From Nitrospirota bacterium (GTDB taxonomy: Bacteria > Nitrospirota > UBA9217), in assembly GCA_035516175.1 (NCBI GenBank), contig DATJAO010000062.1:14040-78039 (forward strand): a stretch of 64,000 nucleotides of DNA, written 5' to 3'. Shown here piece by piece: positions 39,963-47,184 of this stretch. The translations under genes and the position numbers were made by a program. The notes under the pieces were generated by a model that searched no databases, had not been told where the DNA came from, and saw only the letters and a list, made by a program, of their open reading frames with translations. Numbering within the stretch: position 1 is the first letter of the stretch; every line of letters starts with the position of its first letter.

Positions 39963-40223
39963 AAATATCAGCCCTTTTCCCTAACTCGAATTCATCCCAC
40001 GACAGGCAACACGCAATAGAACTAAAATCATGGAACTGCCGCTGCGCGGAGGTCCTCAAGTTTTATGAAGGTGGAAAGCATGGCTTCAAGAACTTCTTCG
40101 CGTTCTTTGCGTCTTCGCAGGAAATAGTATTTCTTGCCTTAGTTAGAATATTGCAATGATGATGCCAGAGCGCGGGACTTTGCCACAACGATAGAGACAT
40201 GCGCTTCGAAAAAGAGGGATAAT

Positions 40224-41114
40224 ATGTTTAAGGAAATAGCTATGAATGTCAGCGACAAATTTAAAAAGCGGGGGCAGGGGGTATCCCTCGAATTTTTCCC
40301 ACCCAAGTCCTCGGAGGCGAAAGATGCCTTCATGAAGGTAGTGAATGAGCTGAAGGCCTTTGACCCCCTCTACGTATCCGTGACCTATGGAGCAGGCGGA
40401 ACGACTCAGGACCGGACGCTTAACACCCTCAAATGGATCAAAAAAGAAACGGACCTGACGGTGATGTCGCATCTTACCTGTATTGGTGCAACGAAGATGT
40501 CCATGAGTGCACTCCTGAAGGAATATCAAGGCAGCGGAATCGATAACATCTTAGCCCTGCGCGGTGATCCACCGATGAACCGGCCTGACTTCGACCCAAC
40601 TCAGGGCGAGTTCAAATACGCCCGGAACCTTGTTGATTTCGTCAAGAAATATGATTATTTCTCCATCGCCGTGGCTGTGTATCCCGAAGGACACGCTCAG
40701 TCGCCGAGCATCGAGAAGGATATGGAATATACGAAGCAAAAGATCGACGCAGGGGCGGACTTCGGGATCACCCAAATGTTCTTCGACAATAGATACTACT
40801 ACGACTTCCTCGATCGGGCTGCGAAGCTCGGCATCACGATTCCCATCCTGCCGGGCATTATGCCGATCGTTGACTGCAAAAAGATCGTACAGCTTGCTGA
40901 GTTCTGCAATGCTTCCGTACCGAAGGCAATTCTGGACAGAATGGAGCCTGCTATGGACATGCCCGAGGAGATGAGGAAGCTGGGAGTCGAATACGCGGTG
41001 AAACAGTGCGAGGACCTGATAAAAAACGGCGTAAACTACCTTCACTTTTACACCATGAACCGCTCCGATTCAGTAAGTGAGATACTGAAAGCACTTCGAA
41101 TAGAAAGGCGATAG
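40224..41114 (+). CDS. metF: 5,10-methylenetetrahydrofolate reductase
   Basis: 296 aa. Motifs SLEFFPPK, YVSVTYGAGGTT, HLTCIG, ILALRGDPP, ITQMFFD and LHFYTMNR. An alternative start at 40242 (MNVSDKF) is possible. Confidence 0.9.
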   Translation: MFKEIAMNVSDKFKKRGQGVSLEFFPPKSSEAKDAFMKVVNELKAFDPLYVSVTYGAGGTTQDRTLNTLKWIKKETDLTVMSHLTCIGATKMSMSALLKEYQGSGIDNILALRGDPPMNRPDFDPTQGEFKYARNLVDFVKKYDYFSIAVAVYPEGHAQSPSIEKDMEYTKQKIDAGADFGITQMFFDNRYYYDFLDRAAKLGITIPILPGIMPIVDCKKIVQLAEFCNASVPKAILDRMEPAMDMPEEMRKLGVEYAVKQCEDLIKNGVNYLHFYTMNRSDSVSEILKALRIERR

Positions 41115-41437
41115 ATGAGAGAACAATGCCCTCATCGCCTCCCTAGGGGTGAGGAAAAATGCCACAGACGATGGGAAATTTTTCAGCTACTTTACAATTG
41201 AAGATAATCTCAATCAGTAGCTTTACGCTTTGCGTGCAGTGTCGTCACGCCTGTGCTTTTGATTATTGAACATGCATCTCAGGCGTTTAGTGCAAGAATG
41301 CGGGACGGAATATCTTCGAATTTCCGGTGATTTCAGTCTTGAGCAGACTGCCAGCATCCAGCTCTGCATGATCCCATGCTTATGCGGGACAAGCGTCAGC
41401 AACACTGATGGCGGCTTCACCGGACCGCCTTTTGGTC

Positions 41438-41453
41438 TGGCATCGCAAATGCA
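41438..41453 (+). promoter_or_regulatory. Sigma-54-type -24/-12 motif TGGCAT-N5-ATGCA
   Basis: TGGCATCGCAAATGCA has the GG-to-GC spacing of the TGGCAC-N5-TTGCW consensus. Caveat: the predicted transcript start (about 41464) is only about 4 nt before the ATG at 41468. Confidence 0.3.
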
Positions 41454-41467
41454 CATACTTTCTTGTC

Positions 41468-41797
41468 ATGAAAGAAATTATCCTCTGTTCGTCTAATCCC
41501 ATATTGATCAAAAACCTCTACTGCATTCTAAGAGACGAAGGGTACAACGTGGAAACCGTCGAACACCCCGCCCTCGCTGTCCAGATGGTTATGCTCAAGC
41601 AGTATGACTTCATCATCGTCGATTCGGAACCCTTTGGTCTCTCTGCGGAGGACGCGGTGCAGATCATCAAGACCGTGGTTCCCGGCATGCCTGTCCTTTT
41701 CGTAGGGAAAAAATGCGGCAAGGAATATACGCAGGCCGTTGAACCACCAGTCGACCTCGAGGAATTCAAGCGAACTATCCATGTCATGTCAGTCTGA
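41468..41797 (+). CDS. Stand-alone receiver (CheY-like) domain protein
   Basis: Start moved to the ATG at 41468 (MKEIILCSSNPILIKNLYCILRDEGYNVETV...YDFIIVDSEP). 109 aa with a receiver-like alternation. The acidic pocket is incomplete (no DD pair near the N-terminus). Confidence 0.55.
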   Translation: MKEIILCSSNPILIKNLYCILRDEGYNVETVEHPALAVQMVMLKQYDFIIVDSEPFGLSAEDAVQIIKTVVPGMPVLFVGKKCGKEYTQAVEPPVDLEEFKRTIHVMSV

Positions 41798-41831
41798 GTA
41801 GGTGATATCTCATTGTGCGAAGGGAGATGCT

Positions 41832-42860
41832 ATGAAACCGAAAGAAGTGATTTTCAAGGCATTCGAAGGGGGTAAGCCGGACAGACTTCCGGTGACCCTG
41901 TTTGGCGCAGGCATGTGGAGCATCAAGGGCTGGGGTACATCGTTCGAGGCTCTTTCACGGGACGCCGATAAGATGACCTCTATGCTCATCGACATGAGCG
42001 GGAAGCTCCAGTGTGACATCGTCTATCCGGGCTCGGGTTACAATAACTTTCATGCGTCGGCCCTGGGTGGGAAAATCAAGTGGCGGGAAATTGGCGCGCC
42101 GGACCTGGAGGACCATTTCGTCTCCTCCGAGGAGGATCTCGCGAAGCTTAGAATCAGCGACCTCGACAAGGACGAGGTCATCAACACCGTAAAGAAGGCC
42201 CTGCACAAAACGAAGGCGAAGATCGGCGACACCTACGCCGTGACGATGACGGCCTGGGGCCCTTTCACCCTCGGTGCGCGGCTGGTGGGTGAAGAGGCCA
42301 TGATGAAGGCCACGTTCAAGAAGCCCGCCTTCGTGGAGAAAGTTGTGGACTTCGCCACTGACGTACTGATCCATCTCTACGAGCCCATCGTCGCCGATAA
42401 GACGCTCGAGCTCATCAGCTTGGCCGACCCTACGGCGTCAGGCGACCTTATTTCCCGGAAACAGTTCGAGAAGTTCGCCGTGCCCTATCTCAAGAAATTC
42501 ACCGACTGGGCGAAGGCCCGGGGCGTCCATACTCTGGTGCACATCTGCGGCAACACAACGGACAGGCTGGACCTGTTCCCGCTTACCGGCGCCAGTTGCA
42601 TCAGCCTCGATCACAAGACTGACATCACCAAGGCCAAGGAGACGCTCCAAGGCAAAATGTGCTTCGGCGGGAACGTGGACCCCGTAAAGATCATGCTCAA
42701 CGGCTCTGTTCTGGACGTCGAGAATTGCTGCAAGGAGATCATCAAGGCCGCCGGTACCGACGGCGGATTCGTTCTCATGCCGGGGTGCGACATACCCCCA
42801 ACCGTTCCGTACGAGAATATCCAGAAGTTCATCCAAGTCGCGCGGGAATGGAAACTATGA
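41832..42860 (+). CDS. URO-D family methyltransferase, MtaA/CmuA-like (methylcobamide:thiol type), paralogue 1
   Basis: Start moved to the ATG at 41832 (MKPKEVIFKAFEGGKPDRLPV). H-x-C is in LVHICGNT (His codon at 42540). The distal Cys is in LMPGCDIPPTVP. Confidence 0.8.
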   Translation: MKPKEVIFKAFEGGKPDRLPVTLFGAGMWSIKGWGTSFEALSRDADKMTSMLIDMSGKLQCDIVYPGSGYNNFHASALGGKIKWREIGAPDLEDHFVSSEEDLAKLRISDLDKDEVINTVKKALHKTKAKIGDTYAVTMTAWGPFTLGARLVGEEAMMKATFKKPAFVEKVVDFATDVLIHLYEPIVADKTLELISLADPTASGDLISRKQFEKFAVPYLKKFTDWAKARGVHTLVHICGNTTDRLDLFPLTGASCISLDHKTDITKAKETLQGKMCFGGNVDPVKIMLNGSVLDVENCCKEIIKAAGTDGGFVLMPGCDIPPTVPYENIQKFIQVAREWKL

Positions 42861-42980
42861 ACAAAGGAGGTGAACCGATACTAGTTGTAGTGAGGGGAGA
42901 TTATCAAAGTGGGTATTTTGTAAGAGTTGAAAAAATTGTTTTCCCGGGCACAGAACGCGTCCGGGCAAGGGGAGGAAAAC

Positions 42981-43424
42981 ATGGCTGACAAGAAGATGAC
43001 AGTGGAAGAAGTGAACGAGTACATGAAAAAGCAGTGCGGCTTTGTGCCGAGAATGTTCCAGATCATCAACACCGTAACGCCGGAACCGGGCAGGACCTTC
43101 GCCGATTTCTACGCCAGCATCTTCGGCGATGGGGCCCTTTCCCGCAAGGTGAAAGAGCTGATGTTCATGTCCGGCGGAGTAGGTTACTGCTCGCCTCGCT
43201 GCATTATCCACGTGATCCCCGCGATCAATGCGGGTGCGACCACGGGAGAGATTTTCGAAGCGGCGTCGGTCGGCATGATCCTCGCGGGCTTTGTTCCCGG
43301 CGGGCCCGGCATTCCCTACGCCTTCGAGTACGCCCTGAAGTGCCTGGACATCGAGGCGAAGTACCGCAAGGGCGAGAAGTGGGAATACTTGCCGCAGCCG
43401 AAGTTCGATCATGGTGTGTTTTAA
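42981..43424 (+). CDS. Carboxymuconolactone decarboxylase (AhpD-like) family protein
   Basis: Start moved to the ATG at 42981, with GGAGGA upstream. Contains GALSRKVKELMFMSGGVGYCSPRCIIHVIPA, the AhpD/CMD-like helix with paired Cys and His. Confidence 0.7.
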   Translation: MADKKMTVEEVNEYMKKQCGFVPRMFQIINTVTPEPGRTFADFYASIFGDGALSRKVKELMFMSGGVGYCSPRCIIHVIPAINAGATTGEIFEAASVGMILAGFVPGGPGIPYAFEYALKCLDIEAKYRKGEKWEYLPQPKFDHGVF

Positions 43425-43438
43425 ATCCATTATTTAAT

Positions 43439-43462
43439 GGGGGAGCGTCGAAAAACTCCCCC
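43439..43462 (+). other. GC-rich hairpin GGGGGAG-N10-CUCCCCC immediately after the CMD gene
   Basis: Read directly. It has a 7-bp G/C stem but no U tract follows, so it is not a canonical intrinsic terminator. Confidence 0.3.
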
Positions 43463-43596
43463 GATTCTGACTCATACATTCATTCTTAAGCGATAGCGAC
43501 CTTCAAAGTAACTTGTGCACTTCATAATCACGCATTTGCTCCGGCCTACCCCGCATCTTACGGCGCTTGTCCGGGCAAGAGAAAAGGGGAGCGGTG

Positions 43597-44544
43597 ATGT
43601 TTCGGTTTAAACGAGATCAGAAAGTATATGTACTCGACGGGATTCGGGTCGGAGGGCAGGCCGGTGAGAACCCTCCGCTGTTGATTGCATCCATGTTTCA
43701 TAACAAGGACCGAATTGTTACAGACCGGAAAGGCAATTTCGACCACCAGAAAGCTGCAGAACTCATCAAGCAGCAGGAAAAACTTTCAACCTCCACCGGC
43801 ATCCCGTCCATGGTGGCCATGGTGGCGAACACCCCAGATGAGGCAAAGATCTACATCGACTTCTACCGTGAAACGACCACCATGCCCTTCGGCATCGACA
43901 TGTGGGTCGCCGAGAAGAGAGCCGAGGCCACGGAGTACGTGGCGAAGTTGGGACTGCAGGACAAGTTCTTGTACAACAGCATCACCCCCTGGGACAAGGA
44001 CATCAAGGGTCAGGTCCAGAAACTCAAAGACCTCGGAATCAAGCACGTTGTGGTCCAGGCCTTCGACGACGCTGACCAATCGCCCCTTGGGCGCCTGAAG
44101 TCATTGGAAAAAATTCTTGCCCAGGGCGCGGACAGCTTCAAGACCATCATCGTCGACACCTCCGTCATGAATCTGCCTGCCACATCGTTCTCGCTCGTTG
44201 CCAACCGCTTGATCAAAGAGACGCTCGGGCTTCCCTGCGGCGGCGCCTACTCCAACGGCACGCACATGTGGAAGGATGCGAAGACCATCTGGAGCCTCGA
44301 CGGTTTCAAGGCCATGGACGCCGTTGTCCAGGGCATGGCATCGGTGATCTGGAGCGATTTCAATTTCTACGGCCCCATCGTTACGGCGCCGCGCATCTTC
44401 CCGGCGGTAGCGGCAGCGCATATCCTGCTTACAACGCTGTTGTATGACGAAACTAAAAGAATTCCCGACAATCCCAATATCCCGATCAAGAAGTACTTCG
44501 GTGATTTTCTGGGCAAGCTAACGTCGGGGGCGGCGAGGAAATAG
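43597..44544 (+). CDS. MtrH-like methyltransferase (tetrahydromethanopterin S-methyltransferase subunit H family; pterin:corrinoid methyl transfer)
   Basis: Start moved to the ATG at 43597. MFRFKRDQKVYVLDGIRVGGQAGENPPLLIASMFHNKDRIVTDRKGNFDHQKAAELIKQQE follows the N-terminal pattern I recall for MtrH (MFRF..EQ.V.eigGvk.GGqpGE.PtvLigsiFy......D..G.FD...AE.Li). LYNSI is also present. Confidence 0.83.
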   Translation: MFRFKRDQKVYVLDGIRVGGQAGENPPLLIASMFHNKDRIVTDRKGNFDHQKAAELIKQQEKLSTSTGIPSMVAMVANTPDEAKIYIDFYRETTTMPFGIDMWVAEKRAEATEYVAKLGLQDKFLYNSITPWDKDIKGQVQKLKDLGIKHVVVQAFDDADQSPLGRLKSLEKILAQGADSFKTIIVDTSVMNLPATSFSLVANRLIKETLGLPCGGAYSNGTHMWKDAKTIWSLDGFKAMDAVVQGMASVIWSDFNFYGPIVTAPRIFPAVAAAHILLTTLLYDETKRIPDNPNIPIKKYFGDFLGKLTSGAARK

Positions 44545-44560
44545 AAAAAGGGAATTTTGG

Positions 44561-44661
44561 GGTAACCGCGGGTCAACTTCGTGGACTCACGGTTCGAACC
44601 AGATTCAGACAGTTGTCCGATTTTATCTGTGTGTCCTGACGAAGTCGGGACCCGTGGTTAC
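44561..44661 (+). other. About 100-nt element closed by a 13-bp inverted repeat, in the mtrH-like / mtaA-like intergenic spacer
   Basis: GTAACCGCGGGTC (44562-44574) pairs with GACCCGTGGTTAC (44649-44661) with one G-U pair. It stacks on a second helix, CTTCGTGGAC (44577-44586) with GTCC-TG-ACGAAG (44633-44644). Confidence 0.4.
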
Positions 44662-44705
44662 AGAAAGTCCTGTATTTGACTTTCGATCTGCACTAAGGAG
44701 GAACT

Positions 44706-45734
44706 ATGGCAACAATGAATGCGCGAGAACGGGTACTGAAGATGTTCGCCGGTGAAGAGATCGATCGGCCTCCCTGCTTCAGCGGGATGGGCAATGTGAC
44801 TACGGAGGGCCTCAAGGGGCTCGGGCAGAACTTTGCGGCGACGCATCTCAACGCGAAGATGATGGCCGCGGCCGCGGCTTCGACCTACAAGCTCTTCGGC
44901 TTCGAATGCGGCGTGGCCCCCTTCGACCTCTGCATCGAGGCCGAGGCCATGGGATGCGAGATCAACGTGTATGCCCATTCAGAGGACCTGCTGTATCCCA
45001 CGATCAAGAAGAAGCTGATCCACAACGAAGCGGAATTGGACATCTCCATACCCTCCAATCTCACAACGCGCGGAAGGGTGCCGCTCATGAAGGAGACGAT
45101 CCAACTGCTCAAGAAGGATATCGGCAGCGAAGCGCCCATCGGTTCCTACGTGCTCGGGCCCTTCACGCTGGCCGGACAAATCATGGAACTGAACGATTTG
45201 CTGAAGCTGTCCTTCAAAAAGCCGGACAAGATCGGGAAGCTTCTCGATCAGATGGCGGACGTGATCATCCGGGTGGCGAAGGAGTACGAACAGGCCGGTG
45301 TGGACTTCATAACGGTGCGGGAGATGGGGGCGACGTCGGACGTTCTGAGCCCGCGGGTGTTCAAGAGCCTGATCCTGCCGTACCTCAAAAAGATCTTCGA
45401 AAAACTGAACGTGCCGAGCGTGCTCCACATCTGCGGCAAGACGAATGACATCGTCCCGTTCATGGCCGAGAGCGGTTCGAAAGCGATCAGCGTGGACCAG
45501 AAGAACGACGTTGCCGAGACACGCAAGAAGCTCGGCCCCAAGGCGCTGGTCTTCGGGAACTATGACCCTTACAACGTGTTGGTAGCGGGCTCGCCGGACC
45601 TGGTGCGCCAGACCATCAAGAAATGCATGGATGACGGAGTGACCGCAGTCTGGCCCGGCTGCGACATCTGGCCGACGGTGCCGCCGGATAACATGAAGGC
45701 CATGATGGACGAAGTTAAAAATTACCGGAGGTGA
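44706..45734 (+). CDS. URO-D family methyltransferase, MtaA/CmuA-like (methylcobamide:thiol type), paralogue 2
   Basis: 342 aa. N-terminus ERVLKMFAGEEIDRPPCFSG. H-x-C is in VLHICGKT (His codon at 45426). The distal Cys is in VWPGCDIWPTVP. Confidence 0.8.
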   Translation: MATMNARERVLKMFAGEEIDRPPCFSGMGNVTTEGLKGLGQNFAATHLNAKMMAAAAASTYKLFGFECGVAPFDLCIEAEAMGCEINVYAHSEDLLYPTIKKKLIHNEAELDISIPSNLTTRGRVPLMKETIQLLKKDIGSEAPIGSYVLGPFTLAGQIMELNDLLKLSFKKPDKIGKLLDQMADVIIRVAKEYEQAGVDFITVREMGATSDVLSPRVFKSLILPYLKKIFEKLNVPSVLHICGKTNDIVPFMAESGSKAISVDQKNDVAETRKKLGPKALVFGNYDPYNVLVAGSPDLVRQTIKKCMDDGVTAVWPGCDIWPTVPPDNMKAMMDEVKNYRR

Positions 45735-45738
45735 TCCT

Positions 45739-46431
45739 ATGGTTACGGAAGAAAAAAAGGCGGAGCTCTTGGCGAAACTGCGGAACGCCGTGATCCAGTA
45801 CGATGAGGATACGGCCAAGGAAGCGGCTCAAGAGGCACTGGACGTTGGCATGGAAGCGAACGACGCCATTTTCAACGGTTTGGTGAGCGGCATGGTGGAA
45901 GTGGGAAAAATGTTCGAGGCGCAGGAATACTTCGTGCCCGAACTGCTCATGTGCGCCGACGCGCTGTACGCCGGCCTGGATATCCTGAAGCCCCATGTGA
46001 AACAGCTGGACCTGGGGGTGAAGGGCTCGGTCGTGATCGGGACCGTGGAAGGCGACGTTCACGATATCGGCAAGAACATCGTGAAGATGATGTTCGACGT
46101 GGCCGGTTTCACGGTCTATGACCTAGGCAGGGACGTGCCGCTCGACAAGTTTGTGCAAGAGCAGCTCCGGACCGATTCCGACCTTGTCTGCCTTTCGGCC
46201 ATGATGACTACAACGATGACGGGAATGAAGAAAGTGATCGACGACCTTCGGACCAGAAACCCCAATGTGAAGATCATGATCGGCGGAGCTCCCGTTTCCC
46301 AGGACGTGGCGGACAAGTACGGCGCAGACGGATACGCAAAAGACGCGACCAACGCATTGAAGGACGCCATCAACATGATCGCGTCCCTCAAGAAGATGAA
46401 GGATGAGGTGGAAGCCAAGAAGGCGAAATGA
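45739..46431 (+). CDS. Methyltransferase cognate corrinoid protein (B12-binding, MtaC/MtbC/MttC-like)
   Basis: 230 aa. N-terminal helical cap, then the DxHxxG motif in VEGDVHDIGKNIV, followed by LSAMMTTTM and IMIGGAPV. Confidence 0.9.
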   Translation: MVTEEKKAELLAKLRNAVIQYDEDTAKEAAQEALDVGMEANDAIFNGLVSGMVEVGKMFEAQEYFVPELLMCADALYAGLDILKPHVKQLDLGVKGSVVIGTVEGDVHDIGKNIVKMMFDVAGFTVYDLGRDVPLDKFVQEQLRTDSDLVCLSAMMTTTMTGMKKVIDDLRTRNPNVKIMIGGAPVSQDVADKYGADGYAKDATNALKDAINMIASLKKMKDEVEAKKAK

Positions 46432-47078
46432 AGACCTCGCTGAAGCGGGAGCTGCTGGACCACGGCGCCGCGGTTGTGGGAATCGCTGGCCTCCGCGGGT
46501 ACCTGAGCGGCGAGATCAGCCACTTGGACCGGGCGGTGTCCATCGGTGTGGACCGGAAGCTAAATGAGGACACCCTCAGCCAGCTGGTGAGTCTCCAGAA
46601 GCGCGCCGTCCGGTTCCTGAAGGCCCGGGGACACCGGACTCTGGCCATACCGCCGGACTCGGACCGCAAGAAGGACACGTTCATCTCGAAGCTCTACTCC
46701 CTGTTCAATCACAAGATGGCCGCCACGTCGGCGGGGCTGGGCTGGATCGGGAAGAACGGTCTTCTCATAAGCCCCCGCTACGGGCCGCGGTTGTCCCTGG
46801 CCACAGTGCTGACGGACGCCCGGCTCAAGCCGGACGCGCCCGTCGAACACTGCCTCTGTGGAGAATGCATGCTCTGCATTGAGCACTGCCCTTCGAAGGC
46901 CATAACCGGGTCGGAATGGTCGCGGTCATCGCCTTTCGCGGAACTGGTAAAGCTCAATGCCTGCAGAAGTCATAAAGCTGCGAAAAGAGCAACGGACAAC
47001 AAACCCAATTGCGGGCTATGCATCAACATATGCCCATATGGAAGAAGAAATTCTGACATGAAGAATGCGGAACGCTGA
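46428..47078 (+). CDS. 4Fe-4S double-cluster protein related to the epoxyqueuosine reductase (QueG) / reductive dehalogenase core
   Basis: 216 aa. Contains HKMAATSAGLGWIGKNGLLISPRYGPRLSLATVLTDARL, then CGECMLCIEHCP and CGLCINICP. The start overlaps the corrinoid protein stop (ATGA). Confidence 0.68.
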   Translation: MKTSLKRELLDHGAAVVGIAGLRGYLSGEISHLDRAVSIGVDRKLNEDTLSQLVSLQKRAVRFLKARGHRTLAIPPDSDRKKDTFISKLYSLFNHKMAATSAGLGWIGKNGLLISPRYGPRLSLATVLTDARLKPDAPVEHCLCGECMLCIEHCPSKAITGSEWSRSSPFAELVKLNACRSHKAAKRATDNKPNCGLCINICPYGRRNSDMKNAER

Positions 47079-47184
47079 GTGCGGAAAGAAAAACGTCATT
47101 CCCGCATAAATGGGAATCCAAGGTGTCATCTGTGATCATCTGTGGCTAACCATTGCAGATGTGTTTTTATTATCGGGAGGAAGA

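Noticed and set aside
44590-44600. GGTTCGAACC, resembling a tRNA T arm
   Set aside because: It is just a 10-nt palindrome inside the larger inverted-repeat element. No acceptor stem follows it on either strand.
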